DNA of 63,434 nucleotides, filler included, from Octopus bimaculoides (lineage: Eukaryota): the NCBI RefSeq assembly GCF_001194135.2. It is 3 parts of 3 records of this genome, joined end to end, with 100 filler letters (N's around TTAATTAATTAA, not from the genome) between each part and the next. Parts side by side here need not be neighbours in the genome. Positions count along the whole stretch, not along the records: positions 1 to 31,230 come from NC_068996.1; 2 more parts are not named here. One strand, written 5' to 3'. A program made the translations under genes and the position numbers. The stretch's first letter is position 1. Each line of letters starts with the position of its first letter. Of this stretch, positions 1-11,159 are shown piece by piece. A model generated the notes under the pieces. That model was given only the letters and a program-made list of their open reading frames with translations, was not told the DNA's origin and searched no databases.

Positions 1-144
1 AAGGAGCGACTTACGCGTGATTTGAGAGTCACATTCGTTGGAAGAATGTGAGATAATATGGAAAAGGAAAAAAACACGAAATGAAACTCCCTTACTAACA
101 AGTTCAATCTGCCCTGGTGACCCAACGGGTCACGGGCAGTCTAG
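1..144 (+). mobile_element. Helitron-type 3' terminus
   Basis: Perfect hairpin GTGACCC-AAC-GGGTCAC (117-133), then CTAG (141-144) followed by T: the canonical Helitron 3' hairpin + CTRR|T signature. The 5' part lies outside the window. Confidence 0.7.
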
Positions 145-161
145 TTATTGTAGTTGTTGTT

Positions 162-232
162 GAAAGCGCATGGCTTAGTGGTTAGGGTGTTGCACTCACG
201 ATCCTTAGATTGTGATTTCAATTCCGAGATCA
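162..232 (+). mobile_element. tRNA-derived SINE head (family D here), cut by gap
   Basis: A-box-like TGGCTTAGTGG and B-box-like GATTTCAATTCC; nearly identical to 3149-3220. Confidence 0.75.
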
Positions 233-472
233 NNNNNNNNNNNNNNNNNNNNNNNNNNNNNNNNNNNNNNNNNNNNNNNNNNNNNNNNNNNNNNNNNNNN
301 NNNNNNNNNNNNNNNNNNNNNNNNNNNNNNNNCAGCATTTTACTTCAAGTTTATGCATCAGGGAACTAGAAGAAAAAAATTTCCCCGTCCCCTTTAACAT
401 AACGTACAACTGTTGGGTTCTCATCTTGGTTATCTGTTTGAAAGTATTATGTTCAAAAATTTAACTAATGAC

Positions 473-780
473 AATTAACTTTACATCATGAAAAGAATAA
501 TAAAAGAATTAAGGAGCTTTTGCGCTTAAAAAACACGTTTCTTTTCTTATCTCTTTTTGTTAGTCTTTTTTGTTTTCTGAGCAAAATCGTCACATTTGGA
601 TTCTATGTTCAGCAAGTCAAAACAAAAGAAAAGAAAAAGATAAGAAGTAACTTTTATATTCTTTTGTTTCTACTTTGTTGTCTTAATCTCCTTTCATAAG
701 CTACATCGGTTAAATGATTCGTTTCTTACATTTTTTTACTCAAGAGAAATTTAAGTATCGACGCTCGCATTTTTTTTTTG
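473..780 (+). repeat. AT-rich block present as an inverted copy at 7437-7766
   Basis: Reverse complement aligns by eye with 7437-7766 (e.g. CACATTTGGATTCTATGTTCAGCA; AGAAGTAACTTTTATATTCTTTTGTTTCTACTTTGTT). Confidence 0.85.
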
Positions 781-789
781 TGTGTGTGG

Positions 790-2858
790 GGGGGATAAGA
801 TGAGCTGTCACGTCAACGATCAAGGGGCCTGGATCCGTAAGATCAAAGTTGCGACCACGCTACAATGCATCAACGATGTTGCAAGTCTCATGGCCCTGTA
901 CCTGGAGGTAGGCTTGCTGGCGCTGTACCTCGAGAACGGTCAGTTAGACAAGAGAACAGATCGATGAGTATGCTGTGGAGTTTTGGGGACTGGCTATGCA
1001 ATCCGGTCTTACCGGAGAGGGCCTAGAGAAGGCAGCACGACAGATCTGCGTAAACATATTTCCCGGCTACATNNNNNNNNNNNNNNNNNNNNNNNNNNNN
1101 NNNNNNNNNNNNNNNNNNNNNNNNNNNNNNNNNNNNNNNNNNNNNNNNNNNNNNNNNNNNNNNNNNNNNNNNNNNNNNNNNNNNNNNNNNNNNNNNNNNN
1201 NNNNNNNNNNNNNNNNNNNNNNNNNNNNNNNNNNNNNNNNNNNNNNNNNNNNNNNNNNNNNNNNNNNNNNNNNNNNNNNNNNNNNNNNNNNNNNNNNNNN
1301 NNNNNNNNNNNNNNNNNNNNNNNNNNNNNNNNNNNNNNNNNNNNNNNNNNNNNNNNNNNNNNNNNNNNNNNNNNNNNNNNNNNNNNNNNNNNNNNNNNNN
1401 NNNNNNNNNNNNNNNNNNNNNNNNNNNNNNNNNNNNNNNNNNNNNNNNNNNNNNNNNNNNNNNNNNNNNNNNNNNNNNNNNNNNNNNNNNNNNNNNNNNN
1501 NNNNNNNNNNNNNNNNNNNNNNNNNNNNNNNNNNNNNNNNNNNNNNNNNNNNNNNNNNNNNNNNNNNNNNNNNNNCGGGTTGTGCGACAACTCTTGTGAC
1601 CCCGAGGGTGGCAAAAAAAATGGACAGGGACAGGTAAAGTTCGGGCGTTTGACGGCAACCGAATTGGTTGTAACGATAGCAGCAACATGGACATTAACAG
1701 TGCGAGACACAGCAATGAGGAAATGTCAAGAGTGAGTTTGAAGGAGAGGTAGAGAGGTGGATAAAGGAGGGTGTCCTTAGCCTGTGGAAGGAAGAGTAGA
1801 GTGCTAGCACCAATGGCAGTGGTAGAGCCAGCAAAGGGAAAAGTCAGGCCGGTACTGGACTTTTGAGAGAAGAATAGCCATGTATTGTTCCACACGGGTA
1901 GCGAGGTAGCTGACGTCTGCGGTGAGACGCTGAGCAAATGGAGAAAGATGACCAGGACGGAGACGATTGTCGACTTGAAATCAACATATTTGCAGCTCCA
2001 TGTGAGCGAAAAAACTGTGACAGTATCAGCTGGTGCAATATAAGGGCCGGACATACTGTTTGACTAGGCTGAGCTTCAGGCTAAATTCTGTGCCAACGAT
2101 GGTGCTCAAGTCTGTCCTGGGAAAGGTGGACGAGACAAGAAAGGCCACCAATTCCTATATAGACGACATCTTGGTAGACACGAGACTGTAGTATCTGCCA
2201 CCAAGGTTGTAAATCATCTCAAGAAGTTCCGAGTTGATGCCAGCGGAACCAATAGCTGGCGGAAGTGCACTTGGGCTCAAGCTTTAAAGAAATAAAATAG
2301 GCTCGTTTCGGAGGGGAAATGAGATCCCGGAACTAGGTACCAGCATCAGCAGGAGAGCACTATTCTTGATGTGTGGGAGCCTTTGTTGTCGCTATCCAAA
2401 CACAGGGTGGCTATGAACAGCATGCAGCTACATCAAGAGACGATGGGGCAAACTGGGTGGTGGGGGAGGGGATGGTGACGATGATGCAGGAGGAACCTGG
2501 AGAGGACAAGAACAGAAGACCCAGCAAACTGGAACTGGTACGTGCCCAAATTGGAGAATGAGACTGTAGGGTGCAATGCTAGCAACATAGCAATAGGGGT
2601 TGTACTGGAAATCAGGGGCATCGAAGTGGAGGACGCAGCTCGGCTTCGAAAATGAGACGATTACAACCACATCAAAGTGGGTGGGTTGGACACACAATGC
2701 TGAAAGGAGTTAATTTTGCCTTGAAATGGGGGCTGCAATTCATCGAAATCCAAGCCGAATCGGCTACCCTGTTTGGCTGGGTAGGAATAATGTTCACCGA
2801 TGACAAGTGGTTTCGAACCAAAAGGACTGCAGAGATATTAGTATATTCATCACCTTCT
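790..2858 (+). mobile_element. Degenerate LTR-retrotransposon gag-pol remnant (gag-like, RT, RNase H)
   Basis: Gag-like AWIRKIKVATTLQCINDVASLMALYLE (~830-935); RT motifs AVVEPAKGKVRPVLDF, IVDLKSTYLQLHV, YQLVQYKGRTYCLTRL, SYIDDILV (~1815-2180); RNase H-like CNASNIAIGVVLEI...EDAARLRK*DDYNHIKV...MLKGVNFALKWG (~2575-2735). Many stops and frameshifts; gap 1073-1575; no LTR recognised. Confidence 0.8.
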
Positions 2859-2861
2859 ACA

Positions 2862-3120
2862 GACTTTTTGTTCCAGCGGTAATATATCGTTCTCATCAAA
2901 AAATTTACACAGTTCTTCTGCAATTCCTCCTGACAAACTTCCACATTAACAGGAGGCAGGAGATTGGTCAGTAATAGTCAGCAAAATTTCCCTTCGATGC
3001 ATCCTTCAGCACAACACCATTCATCCTTTTTGTCAACCAGCCTGGGATTTCAACTTCTTCATTGATCGATGCATTAAATTGCTCTGCGATCAATTTATGA
3101 CAATTACTGAACTTTTTTAT
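2862..3120 (-). mobile_element. R4/Dong-like LINE fragment (RT N-terminal part)
   Basis: Minus strand reads IKKFSNCHKLIAEQFN...IPGWLTKG*MVL.LKDASKGNFADYY*PISCLLLMWKF...LPLEQK, matching the RT domain 0-2 pattern (NYRPIxCLxxMWK) of REL-type LINEs. Confidence 0.7.
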
Positions 3121-3148
3121 TATCATTGTAGCTGTTGTAGTTGTTGTT

Positions 3149-3403
3149 GAAAGCGCATGGCTTAGTTGTTAGCGTGTTGCACTCACGATCCTTAGATTGT
3201 GATTTCAATTCCTAGACCAGGTGGTGCATTGTGTTCTTGAACAAAGCACTTCGTCTCACATTGGTCTGTGATCACTTCAACAACTGGTATATGGAACACC
3301 TGTATGCACCGGTTCAGACAACATCGATTTGATGGAATGATGGAATGAACTAATTTACAGAACATACGTTTGATCACAATAAACAAATCATTTGTGCAGG
3401 TCC
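3149..3403 (+). mobile_element. tRNA-derived SINE (family D)
   Basis: A/B-box head followed by TGTGTTCTTGAACAAAGCACTT core shared with 8276-8632, 21830-21975 and 37120-37300. Confidence 0.75.
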
Positions 3404-3790
3404 TGTATGTATGTATGTATGTATGTATGTATGCATGTATGTATGTATGTATGTATGTATGCATGCATGTATGTATGTATGTATGTATGTATGTATGTTT
3501 GTATGTATGTATGTATGTGTGTGTGTGTGTATGTATGTATGTATATCTGTATGTATGTTCGTATGTATGTATGTGTGTATGTATGTATGTATGCATGCAT
3601 GAATGCATGTATGTATGTATGTATGTATGTATGTGCTTATGTATGTATGTGCGTATGTATGTATGTGCGTATGTATGTATGTGCGTATGTATGTATGTGT
3701 GTATGTATGTGTGTATGTATGTATGTGCGTATGTATGTATGTGTGTATGTATGTGCATATATATGTATGTACAGATATGTATGTTTTATG
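3404..3790. repeat. (TATG)n/(CATA)n microsatellite with variants
   Basis: Directly visible; source of spurious MYVC/HTYI ORFs; abuts the 3' end of the minus-strand LINE. Confidence 0.97.
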
Positions 3791-3799
3791 TATGTATTC

Positions 3800-6122
3800 T
3801 CATGCAATAGTTGCATATCTAGACATGCTCACATATTTAAATGATAAACTTCTGGAAGGTTTTACAGATTTTTACAGTTCCAGTGATGGATTGGATCTGT
3901 AGTCTTCAAATGAGCTTTCTCCTTTCTGGTTCTGAGAAGTCTAATTACTCAAGATTGGTATTTAGGCAGTGTGTTACATATCCCAGGGCCCCAATAATTA
4001 CAAGTATAAACCTGAACTTATAATCCAGATAGAGTAACTGCAGATTCCTCAATAGTTCAGCATAGGTGTTCTCTTCTTCATTGATCTTCAACTTTATGTC
4101 AACATCTGCTGAGCAGCTAATTTCCACAACTATGCACAGTTTCTCTTCTCTATCCCAAATCATTATATCAGGTCTGTTAATCTTACCTTTTATTGAGGTC
4201 TTCACTGGGACATTCCACCAGTACTTCTTTTTATTATGAATAGCTATTGTTTCTACTATACTGAGGGTTCCTTTTTCTTTGTCCTTGGGGTTATCTTTCT
4301 GATGAATTTCATTAAAGAGTGTCCTAGCTACAACAGCATGTCTCATCAGTAGATAACACTGTGATGACATTTTCGGACAACTGCTTATGATGTGAGTGAT
4401 ATCTTTGGTGCTAATTTCACAAAGTCTGCATCGATTGTCCTATTTTACTGCTTTTTCTGCATCTCTATCCCTTTCGTGCATCAGGTACTTGGTTGATATT
4501 TCCTGTTCCTAGATTGCAAACGCTGTACCTTTCAAAGTGAGAGGTAATAATCCAGCTATTCGTCCATGATAGACTGTTTTGATGATCAATGTTACTATCA
4601 TTACGGAGCTTTCTAGTAACATATCCATGCATAGCCTTCTGCTCATATAAGGCTCATCCTTTCATCTGATGATATGTTGCGGTAGAGTCATGCGACTTCT
4701 TTGGGCATGTATTCTAGGTTGTCAGACAAAGAGTGTTGCTCAAGGAGCTGCCTTCCAAGTCTTATGTTGTTATCAGCCTTATATAAGCAAAGTTGGTCAA
4801 GGGATGCACTTCGATGTTTGGTGGTTAAAGGATGTTGCCGAAGGGATATGGTGCGACATTGAAAGGCATTTTGGATTGATGTTAAGCCTCTGCCACCTTG
4901 TTTTCATTTAAGGTAGAGGTGGTCTATGTCACTGTTTATGTGGAAATTATGTGTGCGTGTTAGTATTTTTCAGGTTTTCACATCAATGGCTTGGATCTCA
5001 TCGAGTGTCCAATCAAGCAGCCAGAATGTTGGTACGAGTACTGGCACTGCAAACACATTGTGGGTCACTGTTTTATTGAATGCAGAGAGTCCTGAGATCC
5101 AAATTTTCTTTATTCACATGTTATATTCTTTAGTGACATGTGATTTGTTACATGTGCCACTGTAAGATATGTTTTTATCCCCCACTAGATACTTGTAACA
5201 TTCCTTGTCAGATACAGGGGAAACAGTAAAATCATTGTCTGGTTTATAGTTTGCCCCCTTTTCACAACCATATAACAACATGGTTATCCTGTCCAAACTC
5301 CAGCCTACATAATATGAGAATGTTGTAACTAGGTCAAGGCTCTTTTTTCATCTCATGCATATTCATTACAGAAAGTTTCAAGTCATCCACAAAGAAACAG
5401 TGTGTAATTTTGGTATTTCTGTTTCCTTGTGAACCGGTGAGATATCCTTCAGACTTCCTTAATATGAATGACATAGGGTTTACATAAAGTATAAACAACA
5501 TCAAAGGGTTTACATAAAGTATAAACAACATCACAGAGAGGCTGTCTCCTTGAAATATGCCTTTGCGATACTGTATTCTATCAGTGATAATACAGTCACT
5601 CTTTGTGTTTAATTTCAAGATGGTGGCCCACGATGAAGTCAGGTCAGTTATGACCTTGATTATGCTCACTGAAACTTTAGCAGGTTGAAGGGCTTCTAGC
5701 ACCTATGAGTGGGGAACAGTCAAAGGCTTTCTTGTAGTCTAGCCACATTGAAACTAGGTTCCTCTGATATAACAGCTTTGTTGATTAATAATTGCTCGGC
5801 ACATCCCCAGACTCCCTTCTTCCCAGCTGCTTGCTCTGCTGTGATAATGTTATTGGTTTCACAATGGTCCTTGAGGAAGAGGTTTAAACATGCTGTATAT
5901 ATCTTATACATTAAGTTCTATCATGCAATTGGCCGTTAGTGTTTTGCCATGTGGGTGGTTCTGCATTTGGGGATCAATTTTGTTTCTGCCAGACCTAACC
6001 ACTCTAATATGCTACTGTTCTCAATGAGAGCTTGCTGGTACAGATTGATAAGATGTTCGGTAGAACGTTAGCTTCTTGTACTAATATCCAACAATCAAGT
6101 TTCTTCTAGGTGCTTTTCCAGT
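3800..6122 (-). mobile_element. 5'-truncated R4/Dong-clade non-LTR retrotransposon (RT + CCHC + restriction-like endonuclease), pseudogenised
   Basis: RT: MYKIYTACLN, AEQAAGKKGVWGCAEQLLINK, GIFQGDSLS, FFVDDLKL; CCHC knuckle CRLCEISTKDITHIISSC (~4380-4435); REL NRPDIMIWD...VVEISC...VIIGALG (ORF 3945-4370); C-terminus GTVKICKTFQKFII*. Contains a 30-bp tandem duplication at ~5475-5533. Confidence 0.92.
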
Positions 6123-7430
6123 GCACTTCCACCAACTATTGGTTCCGCTGGCATCGCAATCAACTCAAACTTCTTGAGATGATTTACAACCTCGGTGGCA
6201 GATACTACAGTCTCGTGTCTACCAAGATGTCATCTATATAGGAACTGGTGGCCTTTCTTATCTGGTCCACTTTTCCCAGGACAGACTTGAGCAGTGTCGT
6301 TCATGATCTTTGGCACAGAATTTAGCCTGAAACCCAGCCTAGTCAAACAGTATGTCCGGCCCTTATATTGCACCAGCTGATACTGGNNNNNNNNNNNNNN
6401 NNNNNNNNNNNNNNNNNNNNNNNNNNNNNNNNNNNNNNNNNNNNNNNNNNNNNNNNNNNNNNNNNNNNNNNNNNNNNNNNNNNNNNNNNNNNNNNNNNNN
6501 NNNNNNNNCCAGCCTAGTCAAACAGTATGTCCGGCCCTTATATTGCACCAGCTGATACTGGCACAATTTTTTCGCTCACATGGAGCTGCAAATATGTTGA
6601 TTTCAAGTCAACAATTGTTGCCACCCTCATCATCTGTTTCCATTTGCGCAGCATCTCACCACAGATGTCAGTCGCCTTGCTACCCGCGTGGAACAATACA
6701 TGGTCATTCTTCTCTTGAAAGTCCAGTAGCGGCCTGACTTTGCCCTTTGTTGGCTCCACCATTGCCATTAGTGGTAGCACTCCACTCAACACCTCTTCCT
6801 TCCACAGGATAAGGACACTCTCCTTAATCCACCTCTCTACCTCTCCTTCAAACTCACTTCTGGCATGCCCTTTCAAGGTATGCTGGTAACAGCTCAGTCT
6901 CTTCTTCAGCATCAGAGGCTCCCCTTTCCAGCACCACTCTACTGTCCACTGCTGACCATCAAACCCCGCCCAGAAATCTTTGTTCTCCATGGCGTAAGCA
7001 GTACAGACCCTCTCAAATCTCTGCTCCCTCTCATGCTGCAGACTGACGGCGCACGACTCCCTTGCAGCACCAAACGAAACCATGTCTCTACCAACACTGA
7101 CACCTCGAAGGTGGTTGATCGCATCCATCCCCATCCCCATCACTATGTCAATTCCATCTACCAAATGGTCAATCACAATCGCCGTCTCATTGTCAGCCGT
7201 CTAGCTGCATTAAGTCCAAAACTCACACCCTACCAATTGCACCTAATGTAAGCAGCTGCTACTACCAATCTCACTAGTTTGCTTCACTCACGTCTGTTCG
7301 AATGAGTGCCCGAAGCCAAAACAGGACGACTCTGGTCTTACTTTCTTCGCTTCCTCTCTCGCTTTTCCTCTTCCGGTCAGGCCCCTTGACCGTTGACATC
7401 ACAGCCCTTTCCCTCCAGCTCATCTTATCC
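6123..7430 (-). mobile_element. Second, inverted copy of the LTR-retrotransposon remnant (protease end + RT)
   Basis: ORF 6538-7176: LVDGIDIVMGM (protease end), GVLPLMAMVEPTKGKVRPLLDF, IVDLKSTYLQLHV; 6128-6390 is the reverse complement of ~2010-2270. Confidence 0.85.
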
Positions 7431-8175
7431 TTACAGAAAGAAAATGCAAGCGTTGGTACTTAAATTTTTTTCAAGAAAGAAAATGTAAGAAAGGAATTGT
7501 TTAACCGATGTAACTCATGGAAGGAGATTAAGAGAACAAAGTAGAAACAAAAGAATATAAAAGTTACTTCTTATGGTTTTTTTTTTTTTTCTTTTGTCTT
7601 CACATGCTGAACATAGAATCCAAATGTGACCATTTTGCCCAGGAAAATAAAAAGACTAAAAAAAAATATATCACAACAAAACAAAACAAAACAAAAAAAT
7701 GTATTTTTAAAACCACAAAAGCTTCTTAATTCATTTTTTTATTATTTTCATGATGTAAAAGTTAATTAGTATCTTGTCTTTTCCATTCGCAAAATAAGCC
7801 CCCTTTAATTTTGTTCAGATTGTCTTCAATTTTGGTGTATCGATGCAGTTCTGAATTTTTGATTTTGCTCAACTAATTACATTGTCTTTTGAATTAAGAA
7901 TCTGATGTTATTTGGAATTAAAGTTGGGAAAATTTGAGTAATTTTAGCCAATCAACAGACAACGAGGCATTAAGAGCTTGTTACCATGACAACCGAATGT
8001 GTTGTATTTTGTTTTGCCTGCATATTTTGTTTTAATAAAAATTTATATTTATCAATTAGAATTTCATTGTAGCTATTTTTCCTCAATTGTTTCAATATTT
8101 TACATATTTTTCATATATTTTTTTGTGTTTTTACTTTTTCCGTGCTTTTGTTTTTATCCACTTTCAAGCCATTTA

Positions 8176-8273
8176 ATTGTACTACTCTGAAGGAGATTTT
8201 GAAAACAGAGGTGGGCGCAGTAAATAATTTACAAGAAAAGGGTGTTATCCCTAAAAAAAACGGGTGCAGTAAA
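8176..8273 (+). mobile_element. Possible Merlin/ISXO2-like transposase N-terminal fragment
   Basis: TTLKEILKTEVGAVNNLQEKGVIPKKNGCSK resembles the E..A..FLQE.G.I...R.C pattern I recall for Merlin N-termini; short, interrupted by a SINE. Confidence 0.25.
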
Positions 8274-8275
8274 TC

Positions 8276-8632
8276 TAAGCTGAGCAGCTGCTGAGACCCC
8301 CTTCGGTCATGACTGACCCTGGGATTGCACCTAGAATGTTCCCCTCTGAGGCAAAGTCTGGGCAAGGTTGTTTATGGAAGACCAGCAGTCGGTCATGCAT
8401 ACCAGCCTCCATTCTCCTTGCCATTGATGTTATCCAAGGGAAAGGCAAAGGGGCCAATACAGCTTGGTACCTGTGACGTCGCAATTCATTTCTACAGCTG
8501 AGTGAACTGGAGCAATGTGAAATAAAGTGTCTTGCTCAAGAACACAAACACACAGCCCAGTCTGGGACTTGAATTCACAACCTCACGATCGTAAGTTTGA
8601 CACTCTAACCACACTGAGCCATGCACCTTCAC
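8276..8632 (-). mobile_element. tRNA-derived SINE (family D)
   Basis: Reverse strand: GCATGGCTCAGTGTGGTTAGAGTG head, GAATTCAAGTCCC B box, TGTGTTCTTGAGCAAGACACTTTATTTCACATTGCTCCAGTTCAC core. Confidence 0.8.
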
Positions 8633-8989
8633 TAAGCACAACATCAGTTGTGCTTAGCACAACATGAGTAAGAAAGTGGTTTGTGAGAATTTGTACTGGC
8701 GTACACTCACAATAGTTGCAACAAATGCCAGTCAGGCCAGAATGAGGCATTCTGTATTTTTATTGAAGATGTAGGACAACATATTAAATGTATCCTTCAT
8801 TTTTACAATGTTAGAGCATAATGGGGGGGAGATTTGGCTGCTATTTCTAGCAAATTGAATAACCACACAGAGATAACCTCATTGGTTTATTTGCTGATGT
8901 GTATAAGTAAACAAAAACTACAGGAAAGGGATCTTCATCTGTTTCTAGGATGATCATTCCAGTTGTATGATCAACTGAACTGGTTACAC

Positions 8990-9105
8990 ATTCAACTGGT
9001 TCTTATTTTATCAACCCTCAAAGGATGAAAGACAAAGTCAACCTAGGTGGGATTTGAACTCAGAATGTAAAGCATTTTGCTCAGTGTGCTAATGATTCTG
9101 TCTGT
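8990..9105 (-). mobile_element. SINE family E, CpG-decayed copy
   Basis: AAAGGATGAAAGACAAAGTCAACCTAGGTGGGATTTGAACTCAGAATGTAA matches family E with CpG sites converted to TpG/CpA. Confidence 0.8.
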
Positions 9106-9609
9106 AGTCTTATGGTTACACATCATATTAACATATAACTGGCTGAGTATACCACAGCACACATGTACCCACAACATAATCCATAAGTAGAATCAGTACA
9201 ACCCAGTGTGACATGGCTAGGTTTTTTAATTACAGGTCCAGGATCTAATTATGGTGTAATTTGGTTGAGTATTCCATAGATATATGTAGCCTTAATGCAA
9301 TTCTGGGACAGAATCAGTGTGACACATGCTGGACGTAGCCAGAGTTTTAACTGAATGTTTCTCAACTATTAAGAAAAATACACCATTCGCTGAATAAATT
9401 GTGGAAAATCACAACAAAATTAAACTAAATATCAGATGAATAATTCTATTGATAGGGAGCTGTGGGTCGCTGTGGGTCACAGGTTTCTTCATACCCCACT
9501 CATTGGTTATATATTTGGTGTGAGACTAGGTTGGTTCTTTAAATTAGTTGTACTTCATTTGGCAGGGTTCCACACTGTTTCTATTTAACCAATTTTATTC
9601 CCAATGCTT

Positions 9610-10020
9610 TGGCCACCTGACAGATTAACTACTAAGTCACTCACAGATACTCTCCATCCACTGATTGTCAGACATTCTGTGCCCCCTCTCTCTGCTATTT
9701 CTACTGCTACTATATGGCTTTTGCTCCTTGCAGCTAGCTGAGATCACCTCACCTCACCTCCTCTCAAACATTCCCATCCCACTTGCCCCTTCTGTTCTCA
9801 TTATCCCTCTTACGTGCACCTCCACCCCCACCTACAAGGCCTCACATTTATCACTATGATCAGTCTTTCCTCCCCAAAATGGCTTCCCTCAGGAAATCCC
9901 TTCCTGCTCATATCTTTCCAACAGATATTGGTTTACGAAGGTTCACAAGGAACACCAATGGCATTAATCATTAACCTCACTCATCTAGACGGTCTGTGAA
10001 GAGCATGGGCACTGTCCTTT
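9610..10020 (+). mobile_element. 3' end of a CR1/Jockey-group LINE
   Basis: ORF 9783-9974 ends YDQSFLPKMASLRKSLPAHIFPTDIGLRRFTRNTNGINH*, matching the SF.PRT..LWNSLP..FP..L..FK..IN terminal motif; upstream LTDTLHPL...FY.YY remnants. Confidence 0.55.
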
Positions 10021-10267
10021 CTTTCAGACCCAACACAGGTAGAAGATAAAACAAATAAGAAAAAGATCAAACCAGAACTAGAGCTAAAAGATTCTTGCTC
10101 AAGGTCTGATGGAGTTGGATTGAACTCAACACTAACATGTCAGGATAATGTGAACTTATTAATCACCTGGTAATGAGTTCCTCCTCCACCCCTGCCTGAG
10201 ATGTAGAGGTAAAACTATACATGTGGTGGGGAAGTAATGTAATTGGTAGGTTTGGGTCCAGCTGAGG

Positions 10268-10268
<1 letters not shown>

Positions 10269-10322
<54 letters not shown>

Positions 10323-10690
10323 TTAACGTCCGCTTTCCATGCTAGCATGGGTTGGACGATTTGACTGAGGACTGGTGGACCAGGAGGCGACACCAGGCTC
10401 CAATCTGATTTGGCAGAGTTTCTACAGCTGGATGCCCTTCCTAACGCCAACCACTCTGAGAGTGTAGTGGGTGCTTTTACGTGCCACCAGCACGAAGGCC
10501 AGTCAGGCAGTACTGGCAACGGCCACGCTCAAAACGGTGTCTTTTACGTGCCACCTGCACGGGAGCCAGTCCAGTGGCACTGGCAACGGTCTCGATTCGA
10601 ATGTCCTTACACATGCCACCAGCACAAGTGCCAGGGCACCGGTGCCATCAAGATTTCGCTTGCCTCAAAATGTCTTCACAAGCCGAATTT
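10269..10690 (-). mobile_element. SINE family C with (GAT)n tail
   Basis: Reverse strand ends CCATGCTAGCATGGAAAGCGGACGTTAAATG(ATG)n; the same body occurs at 14760-15178, 21318-21510, 23960-24322 and 29120-29290. Confidence 0.9.
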
Positions 10691-11159
10691 CTGTTTCCAA
10701 TGAAGGAGACGACGTTGGCATGGGTAGAAATAATAAACTCTGTGGAAGTGAAGCTGGCAGAATGAATCAGAATACTTATTTCCTAAATGATAAGGAAGGG
10801 AAAAAGGGCACAGAATTGAGGGGTGGGATGTGAAGGACAGAAATTTTGAGGAAATTTTCATTTGTATGAAACAAAAAAAGATTAAAAATAAAATTAAGGA
10901 AACCTGCCCACTTCACTTTTCTTTTTCCTTTGAAAGACAGTTGTTCCAAAAATTCTGCCCAGAATGGATGGAGTGCCTGACTAAATATGCTTTGTTCTAT
11001 TTGGTTATGTTCCTCTGCATTCTGAGTTCAAATCCCATGAAAGTCTGTTTTACCTTTAATCCAACAGGTATCAATAAAATAAATTACACTGGAAGAGCTT
11101 TCCAATAACAACACATTTCTCCATTCTTTTTGATTATTTTCATTCTTCTGTTGGGAAAA

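Noticed and set aside
975-2054. Long ORFs spanning N runs (also 29.7-30.4, 46.0-46.9, 51.8-53.0, 56.6-57.3, 58.9-59.5 kb)
   Set aside because: Length is created by ambiguous bases.
3192-3902. Long ORFs such as [14 protein letters not shown], poly-I/M/S/V and YIYI (also 27.3-28.6, 38.2-38.6, 44.1-44.5, 46-47, 55-58 kb)
   Set aside because: Microsatellites open in several frames on both strands; no coding evidence.
6334-6561. 53-bp direct repeat either side of a gap
   Set aside because: Exact overlap of two contig ends (6334-6386 = 6509-6561); assembly artefact.
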